Below, piece after piece: positions 51,875-64,000 of a DNA stretch of 64,000 bases. Where the stretch lies: positions 31,406 to 95,405 of the forward strand of contig JAQGDQ010000790.1 of the NCBI GenBank assembly GCA_030141605.1. The letters run 5' to 3'. Source of the DNA: Tubiluchus corallicola. Its lineage: Eukaryota > Animalia > Priapulida. Every line of letters starts with the position of its first letter. Positions within the stretch are counted from its first letter, which is position 1. A program made the translations under genes and the position numbers. The notes under the pieces are model-generated. The model was not told the origin of the DNA. It was given only the letters and a program-made list of their open reading frames with translations, and did no database searches.

Positions 51875-52256
51875 CATTCTATTTTTAGAAATTTCAAATT
51901 ACTCACGATTTTGACTGTGCTGATTTTGATTCTGTTCTTCTTTTTAAAACTTTGAATATTTTGTCATGCATGCACGGTGAAGTTGAAAAAGCGATAACTG
52001 AAGAATTATCAATCTTTGTACAAGTAGTAATTGTTTGTACAAGTTTATTTATTTGAAAAATTGTGAAACCTCTCGACATTACTGTGTAATAAAAATTATT
52101 TATATACAGGAACGATATGTGTGTTTTGATGTGATAGAACCAGTAGATAAATTGTCAAGAACGACCGTACTGTGTAGTACAATGCACAATATTTAACGTT
52201 CACAAAAAATCCCTAAATTTACCAAAGTTTTCATAAGCAATGAGCTTAAATTATTG

Positions 52257-54881
52257 TCAGCTTTTCTTGAATCCTTGGGCATATTTTTTCTTCTCTCCCT
52301 TCATCCGCAATGCCCTTTTTCTACGTGTCTTGTAACTGTTAACATACACTGGAAGTTGCTCCTTCCATTCTTTCCACATCAGATCCGTGTCTTCCGGACG
52401 TTTGAAAGACTGGATGCCCTCGGACAGCCGAGGGTCATCTGCTGTGAAGAAAAATGTGTTGACGACACCAGCAGTTTTTTCATTTGCGATGACTGGCTTA
52501 ATTTTCAATTGTTCATCGTTGTCATCATCACTCTCGCTGCTGCTCTCAAACTTAAATGGATCCTTTTCCCAGGCTCCCCAAGTTTGTGTAGTTTGCTCTT
52601 CAGCAGCCATTTCCTCTCGATAGTTCCGTTCTTCGCTGGTGCTGACATCCGGTTGTTTACCAAGCGCCGCTAGGATGCTGAAGCCTTCAGATGAACTACC
52701 ACTAGCAGCGAAGGACTTCTTAAGCGAGTCTCCAACTTCGTAAAAACGTTCCTCTGAAACTTCTGGCATGGGTTGCTCACTCACTGCCTTTTCTTTTCCT
52801 ACCTTTGCTGCAGTTTTTACTGGTTCCGTGAGACTTTGTGGCTCTACTTCGAATTTCTTATGTTCTTCGCGTTCCGGATCAAAACGCACTGCCGCTTTAA
52901 AGACTTTTTTATTTGTCCTTTCTTTGGGGACTGCCACTGATGCCTCTCCAACAATTTCAGCCAGGATTTTCAAACTTTGCTCCTTTTCGTTTATCGCACT
53001 CGTGTTCTCTTCAATCACAGCACTTTCGTCTTCCTCATCGGAAACGACGAATCTCTCGTCAAGTTTAAACCGCTCGTCGTTTCTGTACCTTGACTGCAGT
53101 TCAAGTAACTTCTGTCCCGCTAAACCCTCGTACTGAGGCTGCACGCGAAATGTGCTGCTATCATCCTCTTCCGTTTCGTCATCCGAGTGAAACAATTCCA
53201 TCGTTTTTGTCAATTTGGGAGGTTTACGAAGTTGACGTGCAGATAAGTCATTCTCTGACACGTCTTCACTTTTCTCTACCTCCTCTTCACTGTTTCGCAT
53301 TTCTTCCTCATCGTCTGACTCAAATTTAATTTTCTTATTAGGAATTTGGGCAGCCGAATCTACGGACGCGAGAGCGTGCTTGATGGCGTCTTGTTTTAGT
53401 TTCACTTCCTGCTGTCTGTGTTTAATGGACTCCTTTCGTTGTTTGTCTGATAACTTGTGTTTATTTTCGACCACATTTTTAGCTATTTCAAGGGCGCCCA
53501 ATTCAGGAAGGTGTTTCCTTCCATCTGCTGGCTTCTTGCGAGTCTCTGAAGTAGGGCGACTTCCAATGGCTTCATCACTGCTATTATAATGACTCGGATC
53601 GTAACTGGATTTTCTAATACGGTTGTCACCAGAAGATATTGCAGATGAATCCAGTTTAAATTTTTTAATGGCAGAATTCGGTTCTTCCACATCGGGTTTG
53701 TTACGCACAGAGCGCTTTAAATTTTTGCGCTTCATTGTTTTTCTGTCAGTTTGTGTTTGTTTTCCAAGTTCAACAACTTCAATGTCGCCGACACCGACGT
53801 CATCTTCAGCAGCTGATACGTTGGTTTTCTCTACGGTTGGCAGATCATCAAAATCCAAGTCGAATTCATAATCAGTTATTTGACCCACTTTTCTCATCAA
53901 TTCACTGGGTGTAGGAAGTGATTCAAACGACACACTTGGTACAGTGTGACGAACTACTTGGTTCCTGCTGGTATCACTTTTCTTTGCAAAGGATATAATT
54001 TCATCTGTGTCAGCCGAACATGCACTGCCGTCGTCGTCAAACGACGCATGCTTCTCAGCACCATTTCCATAACCATCTCCTAAATTACTGCTGTTTTCAA
54101 GTTCTGCTTTATCACTGTTTACAGGGAAAAAATTGACATTAGTTCTCTGCTTCGTTTTTCTCGCCTTGAGTTCAGACGCAGCTTCGTTTCCAAAAGTATT
54201 TTTTGTTTTTGCTGTAACACATTCACTAACGGGCCGGCTCTTCATTTCGCCTAGCAGCCAGTTACTAGTTTTAACACTCTGAAGGTCATTTTTATTCTTT
54301 TTCATATCAGGTGTCACGTCACACATTTTAATGGCAGGTTCTTTCTCATCAAAACCCTTTTCACTAACGCCATCTTCCAATTTGGCACACATTGGTTTGG
54401 TAAGAAGCGGATCATTAGGAAAATAATTTTCGAAGTTTCTGTTCATCCTTTTCCTTTCCTCTTTCTTAGGCCGCGATTCTTGAGCATTTTTCCATGTTTT
54501 CTCAACCTTGTTTCCGCGTTCCAAATTATTCTGTTGTGGTGTTAATGGTGGTACAATTGACTGAGTCTTATTCAACAATAGTTCCTCTTTTCTTTCCCTT
54601 TCTAACCTTGAAATAAAGCTCTCCTTGGCTTTCTGCAGTCTCATTCGACATCCCTTCCACGTCGTTTTTCCGTACACAGAAAAACATCGTTTCAGTTCAT
54701 TTTCGGTTGTTTCGATATTAATAAATGCAAACGTTGCAACAGTAGTGCCGCCTTCATCAGCTCGCTTTTTAATTTCGACTTCGGAAACTTTCCCAAACTT
54801 GCCAAAGCACTGCTGAAGGTCATTATCTGTAACTTCTGGAAAAAGGTCTCCCACAAATATCCTATGTATCTGCTTTGCCAT
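52257..54881 (-). CDS. NOL8: Nucleolar protein 8, single-exon CDS of 874 aa
   Basis: N-terminal RRM (RIFVGDL...FGKVSEVEI...TFAFINI...WKGCRMRLQKAKESFISRLERER) and C-terminal motifs QYEGLAGQKLLELQSRYRNDERFKLDERF, RFDP, VSEERFYEV and FFF..DDPRL. The first ATG is at 54881, after an acceptor at 54965. Confidence 0.92.
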   Translation of the reverse strand: MAKQIHRIFVGDLFPEVTDNDLQQCFGKFGKVSEVEIKKRADEGGTTVATFAFINIETTENELKRCFSVYGKTTWKGCRMRLQKAKESFISRLERERKEELLLNKTQSIVPPLTPQQNNLERGNKVEKTWKNAQESRPKKEERKRMNRNFENYFPNDPLLTKPMCAKLEDGVSEKGFDEKEPAIKMCDVTPDMKKNKNDLQSVKTSNWLLGEMKSRPVSECVTAKTKNTFGNEAASELKARKTKQRTNVNFFPVNSDKAELENSSNLGDGYGNGAEKHASFDDDGSACSADTDEIISFAKKSDTSRNQVVRHTVPSVSFESLPTPSELMRKVGQITDYEFDLDFDDLPTVEKTNVSAAEDDVGVGDIEVVELGKQTQTDRKTMKRKNLKRSVRNKPDVEEPNSAIKKFKLDSSAISSGDNRIRKSSYDPSHYNSSDEAIGSRPTSETRKKPADGRKHLPELGALEIAKNVVENKHKLSDKQRKESIKHRQQEVKLKQDAIKHALASVDSAAQIPNKKIKFESDDEEEMRNSEEEVEKSEDVSENDLSARQLRKPPKLTKTMELFHSDDETEEDDSSTFRVQPQYEGLAGQKLLELQSRYRNDERFKLDERFVVSDEEDESAVIEENTSAINEKEQSLKILAEIVGEASVAVPKERTNKKVFKAAVRFDPEREEHKKFEVEPQSLTEPVKTAAKVGKEKAVSEQPMPEVSEERFYEVGDSLKKSFAASGSSSEGFSILAALGKQPDVSTSEERNYREEMAAEEQTTQTWGAWEKDPFKFESSSESDDDNDEQLKIKPVIANEKTAGVVNTFFFTADDPRLSEGIQSFKRPEDTDLMWKEWKEQLPVYVNSYKTRRKRALRMKGEKKKYAQGFKKS

Positions 54882-55559
54882 TTTCAAATGCGGTAAAATA
54901 AGATGGCCGTTCAGTTTCAGTAACACATCACAATCCTGGCATTGACACAAATTTGTCAAAAAATCTGCAAATAAAATTAAAAACACTTCAAATTTTTAAT
55001 GTCACCTATTATTAGAAACAATTACACACTGCTTTCAACAGAATTAGATAATGAATAAATTAATAAATAATTTTACCTGTGCTTATACTGATAGCAAGAA
55101 TTGTCAATTTGATAACAAAAGCTAGCAGTTAATGTGGAACACTTGACCCTCGATATAAAATTGAGCGAAAAATTGTATCAGAGCATTAAAATTAGAATTC
55201 TGCTGCCATGACCATTAACAAATGCACTAACATCATTAATACATGTTTATTTTGAAGAGTTTGATAAACTCTGAGAAAGCATAAAAATTAAAATTTGGAT
55301 TTAGAAATTCTGACTATTGAGAATTTCTGCGAAATTAAAGTATTATTGTACTTATCACTACCAGTATGTAGTTAGTAATTCCAACGTTTGTGGAATTATA
55401 AAACTTAACTCCAATCTATAAATAACAATTACAATAGGTAGTATTTGTTCAAAAGACACACAGTATGTACCTATCCATTAGAGTCTAATTGGCATTATTT
55501 GAAACAATGAAAAAATATACATTAATACAAAGCTTAGCATGAAAGCATTTCACAAGAGT

Positions 55560-55660
55560 GGGCGCTGCCATTTTTAATGTACAGTAGTAGCTGTACGGTA
55601 CGCGTCTGCGCGTGCGCAAAATACATAAACAAATCCACGTGCTTTCTTCCTGCTGCCAAA
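55560..55660. promoter_or_regulatory. Probable bidirectional promoter for NOL8 and ABCC10
   Basis: YY1-like gccatttt (55567), NRF1-like tgcgcgtgcgca (55607-55618) and E-box cacgtg (55636) in a CpG-rich patch between divergent genes. Confidence 0.65.
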
Positions 55661-57104
55661 ATAATTGTGAAAACAGCAGCTATGATACTAGTAAGAAACA
55701 ATGAAGTGCTTTAATAAGGGACGGAAATTAAGAGTCTGTAATAGATGTTTAAGCAACAAAAGATGAAGATAATTTGTCGAATAGCCTGCTGCCCATATAT
55801 AATATATGTATACGCGTGTTTATGAGTATATTTAGGTATGCGTATATAGACATACATGTAAAGTATACAAGCTTATCGCCATCTGCATTATATTTGTTTT
55901 TCACTCTGTGTAGATATATTCATATTACTTCACCTATCATGTCAGCTTGATCCATTTTTGGTTTGTGGTCATTCTGCTCAGCAGCACTCACTTCAGTTGT
56001 AATAGACAATGGATCTAATAATACTAGATGTCCAATAATGTACATGGTTCTTATATTACAGGCAGCAGAGTCAGTCACCAAAATGGACTAATGACTTGGC
56101 CCAGAAACAAATGTGAGGTATTTTAATGAATTGTTTAGCAGTACACAAATGCATAGCCTAGCTAGGCAATGTGCATGCTTCAGCTATGCACTCCCTACAT
56201 GATGTCCAATTTGCATTGCCGCTATTACATTAGCTGCCCAATTTTGATTTGCTTTGAATATAGTTTTGCTCTACTTTAATTATTGGTTGCTAATACCTAA
56301 AAGGTGAGTTCAGATGTAGAGACTTCTCTCACAACTTCTTTCGGTCTTTGTTTAAAAAAGTTGTAGGCATGTGCAAAGCCAGGAAATTTAGTTTCTTTTC
56401 TCATGCGGACTATGTCTGTCAAATGCCGGTTTTCTAAGTTGGTTTTCAGTTTTTTTTAGCTTCAACTGCTGATTTCATTTCTCAAAAGTTGCACTTTCTT
56501 TGTCCATCTGTAGTTGGATATTCTTCTTGACACAGTTTTGGTTTAGAAAGGAGAAAGTAGTGCAGTTGGTTGATGAATAAATCTCCCACTACATCCAGCA
56601 GAATATCGCCCACGGTCGTTCATTATATTTTCAGGAACAACATTTAATAATTTGTAGTTAAAGCAGCACAACTTTATTAAAACTTTTAATTTACATAGTT
56701 ACAAAGAAATTAGTGCATAATTCACTGTATCAATTTCTTTATTGGTCTGCTTATTTATTACCTATTTGGCTTCTGTTAAAACACAAGAAAACCATTGATA
56801 AACATAAAGGTTAAAAAATTCGTTTTGAAATTTTATATCACTTACATACTGCCTTTTGCGTGCAGGACTTCAATCGGCAGTCACGCTGTATAAAACATGT
56901 AAATTTACATTTAGTGCATGACGCCATATAATGGCGACTTCGGAACAGTATTGCGGGAGATTTAAAATGAGAACAAACTAAAATTCCTTTCAGTGTGAGT
57001 AAGATACACGCATAAAATTGCTATAAAGTAATATAATTTTTTAAGGCGATTTTTCTGAAACTTACTTCAGGTATCCATTTTCTTGTCCTTTAAATACTTA
57101 ATTT

Positions 57105-57250
57105 GTGCATAATGTTCTATACTGTAGACTTTGCCTATATAAACTGGTTGTATGTTTGTAAAATTTACCACTGATGATGCCAGTTGAAACGTTTGACATG
57201 ATTTTTTAACTTTGTAAATTAAAAGTTTCAATAAAGTTGTTAAATTTTAA
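57105..57250 (+). mobile_element. Penelope-like terminal repeat with a degenerate hammerhead core; same family as 15320-15485
   Basis: ttctatactgtagactttgcctatataaactgg...CTGATGAtgccagttGAAACgttt...aataaa. Confidence 0.55.
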
Positions 57251-57398
57251 CTGCAAATGTTTTTAAGTGCCTTTAATAAAAAACATTTAACAACATTAAA
57301 TCTATTACTTCTAATAGTGTCAGTTCTCTTGTCAAAAAGAGCAACTGCTAAATTGTATCATAACTTTTCTAGGTTCGCAGTTACAAAACGTGGCAATT

Positions 57399-58630
57399 AT
57401 GGAACAGTCGTGGAATTGGAGTTATTTTTGCGGCCAGAGTGACAGCAGCTTCGTAATATTTGACAATTCCTGGTTGACACATTGTGCACAACAGTTGACC
57501 ATAATCTGTCCCATTCATCTCATCCAGACACTAGCATGCACGTTTTACCTGATACGATCCTGCTTTTCCCGTCCTGCGCTTGGGCCGACGTCGTCATTCG
57601 TCAAGCTGAGGCTAGCTGTTTGTTGTTGTTTGTTGTTGTTGCCATCGCTGCAAGTCATCGTCGACAGATTTCACTATCACGTGACCTTATCTCCTGCCGT
57701 GTTATGCGTGTTTTGTGTGATGACTTTATCGTGGTTAGTGCATCTTCTTGTCCTTATTGAATTCCGCTATATAATGAGTGTTAAAAGCTACAAGCCCGGT
57801 CTAGTCTGCACGTCATGGATGCTAACATTTTGCGCATCTGCAGTGAGATTCACGTCTGTCATTTTACAAAAATACGACAAAGTACAGTTTATTCTGACTA
57901 GCTCAGACATGTGTCTTATTTACGTTGAATTTGCACTGCAAATTTTATCCATGGTTTTGGTGGTAGGTCCTGTACTGTTTCCGTCAACTGCTAGATTGAT
58001 AGTTAATGTGGACGAAAGTGAAACGACGCCTTTTTTGCAACACAGAGCTACCTATGACAGTATCGGAAGGGAAGGCAGGGAGAGTTTAGGGCCGGCTGAG
58101 GATTGTGCAAATTGTATCTCAGCGCTCACATTTTGGTGGGTGAGGCCACTAATGCAGCGTGGTTACGTGAATGATATATCGTCGCACGATGACTTGTATG
58201 ATTTACCGAGAAGCCTTGTGACTTCACGGATTTCCGACGCATTTGAGAATCGTCTAAAACCAAAGGACAAAACATCCTATGATCTCCCGTTGTACAGAGG
58301 CTATGGCAGTATCAACACTGGCTGTAACTCTCAGGGATCAGATGTTACAACCAATGCCGTTGATGCAATGGATAAGGTAACTCCAGAAAAGAAGTTAAAG
58401 GTCTCTTTAGTCAGGTCTTTGAACTCGTTGTTTGGTTTGGAATATTTCTCACTAGGAGCGCTGCTGTTTCTTAGTGACATCTGTGGTTTTGCTTCACCGC
58501 TGCTACTGCATGGATTGGTTTCTTACATGGAGAATACTGAAGAATCCAATATGTATGGCTATTACTACGCTGCTGGATTATTTGCATCCACTTTAGTTGG
58601 TGCCATGCTGTCTATTCAGTTTCAATTTAG
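57399..58630 (+). CDS. ABCC10: ABCC10/MRP7 first coding exon (TMD0, L0 and start of TMD1)
   Basis: MEQSWNWSYFCG...LGPAED.AN.IS.LTFWWVRPLMQRG...DDLYDLP...GFASPLLLHGLVSYME; acceptor at 57372; donor AG|gtattt. Confidence 0.9.
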
Positions 58631-59231
58631 GTATTTGACTTTAATTAACCTTTGACCTTGATTGGTAGTGGTATTAATGTTGTTTTCAATTGTTTGTATT
58701 CATACATTTTTAAATAGATAACACATAACTCTTAAAAACATTTTAAGCTGTATATTATTTTATTAGTCTTATATTATGTACCATAGATGGCACCACATCT
58801 TTGCATACAACAGCAAATTTGTACATGGTGCTGCGGCATCTATAGTCGATATTTGAAATCATTTAGAAGATCCGTTCTTTTTAAAAAATTTTCTGTTACC
58901 TTTTTAGAATTTTTCTTTCGTTCAGCAACAGTAATGTCTGCACACGTGTACTTTCCAAACATATCCTGTCCGTGCGCCACCTTCTGTAGGTTTATTGAAC
59001 TAGCTGTAACAAAACGACAGATCAAAACTGAAATCCCCTTAGAAAGAAGTTACTAAACTGACAGCAAATGGTTCGCAGACAGCAAATGCAAACCCCTTGA
59101 TGCTCATTGTTTTATCTCAAATTTGACGATTGGTATTCACAGCTTAATTTAGCAAAATCAAGGGAAAACACTAACTTGCTGTACCCTGCACCATCATCAG
59201 AAATGTTAATTGAGCACTACAATCATTTTAG

Positions 59232-59454
59232 GATAGCAAAAGTTGGAATGAAGATTCGTGCTGCTATCGTTACTGCCACCTATCGGAAGTCATTACGCGT
59301 CAGCCTCAGCACGTTGTCGTCGTTTACTACGGGTGAGATAGTGAACTTTATGAGTAGCGACATCGACAGAATAACGAATTTCTGTCCAAGTTTCCACGCC
59401 TTCTGGAGCCTCCCTTTTCAGATTGGGGTCTCTTTGTACCTTCTCCATCAGCAG
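59232..59454 (+). CDS. ABCC10: ABCC10 exon
   Basis: KVGMKIRAAIVTATYRKSL...GEIVNFMSSDIDRITNFCPSFHAFWSLPFQIGVSLYLLHQQ|gtaac, an MRP7-type signature. Confidence 0.95.
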
Positions 59455-59484
59455 GTAACATTTTGTCTTCTCCCTTAATATATA

Positions 59485-59604
<120 letters not shown>

Positions 59605-60268
59605 GGATTTACGGTACTGCACAAGAGTAACTCTTTTCTATGCATTAGTTGTGCATAATATGACAGTCCATAAATATTCAGCTGCTGCATTAAAACATGC
59701 AAAGATTATGAAAGATTCAGAAGACTACAGGTTTTTCACAATACATTCTGCATTTAAAAAACGCCACTGTTTCTTATAAAATTATCGATCTGCTTAGCCA
59801 TACGACACCCTACACATGCCATTAAGTAACAACATCAGCTTTTTTCTAGGTTATACTTAATAATTAACTCAGCTACAATGACCTCTTGACTAAGAAATTT
59901 TGTTGTAGTTCAAAAACTTTTCTTAATTGTTTTGTTAATGTTGGATTAGTAATGAATAATTAACAGTCATTGAACTCTAGAAGAATTTTACGCCCTCTCA
60001 CTCTTACACCCGAGGGCGATTGCCCCCTCTCGCCCCCCGCCTTGCTACGCCTCAGATGGCAACTTACAAAAAAGGGTTGAAAAGCAAAAAGAAGTTGGGG
60101 AAGAATAATATACATTGAACATTAGGCAGCACTGTTTAGATCTTACCATGATTGAGAGGCTGCTGCTTTTAGATGAATTAGAATCCTGATTATTGTAAGT
60201 CAGACGTTGTATTTTTACTGTACTTAATGTCACTATGTGCTAAACAGAATCATTATTTCGATATTTAG

Positions 60269-60394
60269 ATTGGAATTTCATTTCTGTCTGGACTGGTGTT
60301 TGCTGTTTTACTAATTCCACTCAACAGACTGATAGCAGTGAAGATTGCTGCTTACAGTAGGGAGATGATGCGTCACAAAGACAACAGAGTCAAG
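60269..60394 (+). CDS. ABCC10: ABCC10 exon
   Basis: atttag|IGISFLSGLVFAVLLIPLNRLIA...MMRHKDNRVK|gtaatg; 126 nt. Confidence 0.93.
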
Positions 60395-61591
60395 GTAATG
60401 ATCAGGGTTCGATTAAGGTGTGTTGGTGCCCTAGGCACACCTTCCATCTGGTGCCCTGGTTATCTCCTTTGCCACAAATCTCCGTTTGCACGTTTTACAT
60501 GATGCGACTCAGTGTTGTAGCCTAATGGTTAGCGAGCCTCACCTGTTATCACAAAAACCGTTGTTTACTCCTTTAACTGGTGACCTGAGGTTTTTCTTTC
60601 TCTTTTAATGAGTGTAATTCTACGTGGCTTTTGTGATCAAAACATTTTGTTGACTATTATTCTGTCTGCCATTTTGACAATGGAAGTTTGTTTTTCAGAT
60701 AATTCTTCTTTCTAGAATTTGGCACTTTCTACCACCTGTATGTTTGCACAGCAAAATCGTCCATGAGTTGGCAATTAAACTTTTCTAGTTATTCAGACAT
60801 TTTGAAACTCCATCTCATGAGGATAATTTTGATATGAAGCTCATCGTTTTATGATATTTCTAACCTGAGATAATCCACTTTGAAACTGATGTGCAGGCTG
60901 TACACTGAAAAACATACCTTAAGAAAATTGTTGTTAAAGTCAGCCATTGTTTATTGTCACATTTCTACAAAACACTTAGCAACCGTAGAAATATTGGTTG
61001 CTACAGACTTTACAAGAGCATATTGATGCTATTTTTAAATCCAGTAGATGGCTCTTCCTGACGAAGGCCTGGGTTTGGCAACAGAAAAAACCCGAAGCAA
61101 AATGACTGCTTCCATGAGCTACTATCAGAGTTTGAAAATACAAGTTTTTGACAATTGCAGTACTAGTTTCTAGACTAGTGAGTACGGGGTTATAGAATTA
61201 CATTTTTAGTATTTTTAAACATTTTCTTGATAATTTGATGCTAGAATTTCAAACTCCTATATATAAAAAACAATAAAATGACTTTCGACCAAATTTTTTG
61301 TACATTCAACGCTGAAGCATCATAACGTAGTTTTAACTATGCCGTCTTATGGATTGCAAGCACATGTTACTAAATGTCAAGTTTCGTATGTTTTCGCCAC
61401 TATACATTGATAAAATAGAAATTTGGTTAATTATAATTGGTTTATATATGAATAAAATTGTGGCCTAGTAAGCCCTGTTTGACATGTTATTCGACTGCAG
61501 AGTGTAAGGAAAGTATGGCAGTTTTCATAAGTTTTTTCTTTTGCAGTTTCTTATTATTTAATTTTGCTATTGAACATTATCGTTTTCGTAG

Positions 61592-61819
61592 ATCATGATG
61601 GAGATTCTGTTTGGCATACGCGTCATCAAGTTCAACGCATGGGAACGTCATTTTACGGAAAAGGTCCAGAACGTTCGAGACGCTGAATTAAAGAGTTTGA
61701 AAGGGAGGAAATACTTGGACGCATTCTGCGTGTACTTCTGGGCAACTACACCTGTTCTTATCTCTATACTCACCTTTACCACCTATGCGTTGCTAGGCAA
61801 CAAATTAACTGCTGCTAAG
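61592..61819 (+). CDS. ABCC10: ABCC10 exon; gene continues beyond the right edge
   Basis: tcgtag|IMMEILFGIRVIKFNAWE...LKGRKYLDAFCVYFWATTPVLISILTFTTY...LTAAK|gtatgt. Confidence 0.95.
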
Positions 61820-62922
61820 GTATGTAAATTTCATGTTTGTTTGTTTTTGTAGGATGCTCTGCAGCTTGTGATTCTGCATTCAACAGCAGGGCCTGCTTAA
61901 TGTGTATACATGTGGCAAGACCAGAACGTAGGTCTTTATCACTGAGAGAAGGTGTGGCATTGATAGGGTACAGATTTTTTATATAGCTACCATGCTTTAT
62001 ATGGTTGAAGTGTGTACATTAATCATTTCGCAACGAAGTAAGCATTTTTTTGTGGTCACACAACCACTTACTAAACAGGTTTGAGTTTAATGTCGGTCGC
62101 TTGATCCTGAAGTGCTTGTTTATTACTGTTGCATTACCCAACAGCTGTGTTACTAAGGATGCTAAAAGAATGCATTTTCTAAGCTTCAAACTGTGTTATG
62201 TTGCAACAAGGGATGAATAAAGCTTAAAGGAAGACAGGATGATTTTTCTAATCCTACCTTCGATAAAAGTCCTATAAAAAGTATACGTTTTAACACAATT
62301 AATACTGCAAGAATGTTTCTCATAATTAAATAATAAATTAAAAAGTTAATTAACGACGGGCGAGCCCAACTATTGATGACATCACAAACTAACATAATTG
62401 TCAACAGCAAAAATATTCCACGAGCGTGTTGCACGTGTTTGCAAAAGCAAAAATTGAAGTACAGTGCTACTGTAAGATATTCAATGTGTTGTATTAAAAC
62501 TCGGCATGTTTTAAGGTAAAAATTGAAATTTCAAATTTATCTCTGTGCTCACGCATGAGCTGTCGAATGTGTGCAGTTCTTCACAAACTAGCACATCTGA
62601 ACTGAGAGGTACAGCGCCTGTCTTTTATGCAACACATCTTATATGTGACTGTAATTGTTTTACATAAGTCATTCTTTAAAGGAATAGTATGTTTCCTTTC
62701 AATATAACGTTGGATTCGGTTTTCTTCAAGTTGTTTGAGCTGAAGTGGACAAAGTAGGAGGGACCATGCTGCACTAAATCACACTATAGTAGACCACCAT
62801 TAGGTACAAAGAAACTGTCTAGAATAGCGTGGACCTTATCAGGTGTCTGACTTAAAGGGCTTCTTTTAAAACTGTCTTAAAAATCCGTTAATGGATCACA
62901 GGTGTTTATTCAGGCATTTCTC

Positions 62923-63697
62923 GATATGTAAATAATACTAGATATACTAAGATATGTAAATAATACTAGATATACTAAGATATGTAAATAATACTAGATA
63001 TACTAAGATATGTAAATAATACTAGATATATTAAGATATGTAAATAATACTAGATATACTAGGATATGTAAATAATACTAGATATACTAAGATATGTGAA
63101 TAATACTAGATATACTAAGATATGTAAATAATACTAGATATACTAAGATATGTAAATAATACTAGATATACTAAGATATGTAAATAATACTAGATATACT
63201 AAGATATGTAAATAATACTAGATATACTAAGATATGTAAATAATACTAGATATACTAAGATATGTAAATAATACTAGATATACTAAGATATGTGAATAAT
63301 ACTAGATATGCTTAGATATGTAAATAATACTAGATATACTAAGATATGTAAATAATATTAGATATACTAAGATATGTAAATAATATTAGATATACTAAGA
63401 TATGTGAATAATACTAGATATACTAAGATATGTAAATAGTACTAGATATACTAAGATATGTAAATAATGTTAGATATACTAAGATATGTGAATAATACTA
63501 GATATACTAAGATATGTAAATAATACTAGATATACTAAGATATGTAAATAATACTAGATATACTAAGATATGTAAATAATATTAGATATACTAAGATATG
63601 TAAATAATATTAGATATACTAAGATATGTGAATAATACTAGATATACTAAGATATGTAAATAATACTAGATATACTAAGATATGTAAATAATGTTAG
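62923..63697. repeat. 28-bp AT-rich minisatellite, about 27 copies
   Basis: Unit gatatgtaaataatactagatatactaa; period 28 (62923, 62951). Confidence 0.97.
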
Positions 63698-64000
63698 TCT
63701 GCATCCGCATGTACCAAAACACCAATTGATTTAAAAAAAATTCTCATTTTTATCTGTGCTATTTTATTTTTTATTTGCAAACCAAACTATTTTTAGTTCT
63801 AATGTGACCATGGGTTTTTTACCTTAATGGTACTCAAATTGAAAAAAAAGCTCCAAGTTGATCAGAATTTCTTATTTTTCATCGAGTCCAGAATCCGCTG
63901 GTGTAATTGTGCAATATGTTCAAATCCAACTATTAAGAGTAATTGTTTATAAGCCAGCGAGTGAAGTACAAACTGTTTGTGGTGTGTTACGTTATGATAT

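Noticed and set aside
54882-54986. 35-aa N-terminal extension of NOL8 in the ORF track
   Set aside because: It starts at a non-ATG codon and crosses a splice acceptor at 54965.
60505-60560. tRNA gene (tagcctaatggttagcg)
   Set aside because: Only an A-box-like head, with no B box or cloverleaf; at most a SINE fragment.

Overview
AT-rich, repeat-dense genomic DNA from an invertebrate animal; there is no prokaryotic, CRISPR, rRNA or tRNA content. Four protein-coding genes form two head-to-head pairs. (1) A classical calpain on the minus strand has exons 17119-17475, 4956-5025, 2711-2966 and 1916-2084, continues past the left edge, and has probable extra N-terminal exons at 30752-30797, 31621-31674 and 32869-33060. 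(2) A PRDM10/15-like PR-SET zinc-finger gene on the plus strand spans about 33614-49318 in 8 coding exons. (3) NOL8 lies on the minus strand with an intron-free CDS at 52257-54881. (4) ABCC10/MRP7 starts at 57399 on the plus strand and continues past the right edge. Introns hold many MITEs (Kolobok-, hAT-, Harbinger- and pogo-like), LINE fragments, a Meta-type SINE, Penelope-like hammerhead remnants and about 12 minisatellites. The most unusual pattern is that the tandem arrays repeatedly amplify junctions: both ends of one MITE, the PRDM splice donor (about 36 copies), and a MITE end joined to a filler motif that recurs elsewhere in the window. All calls are by eye and no database search was run.
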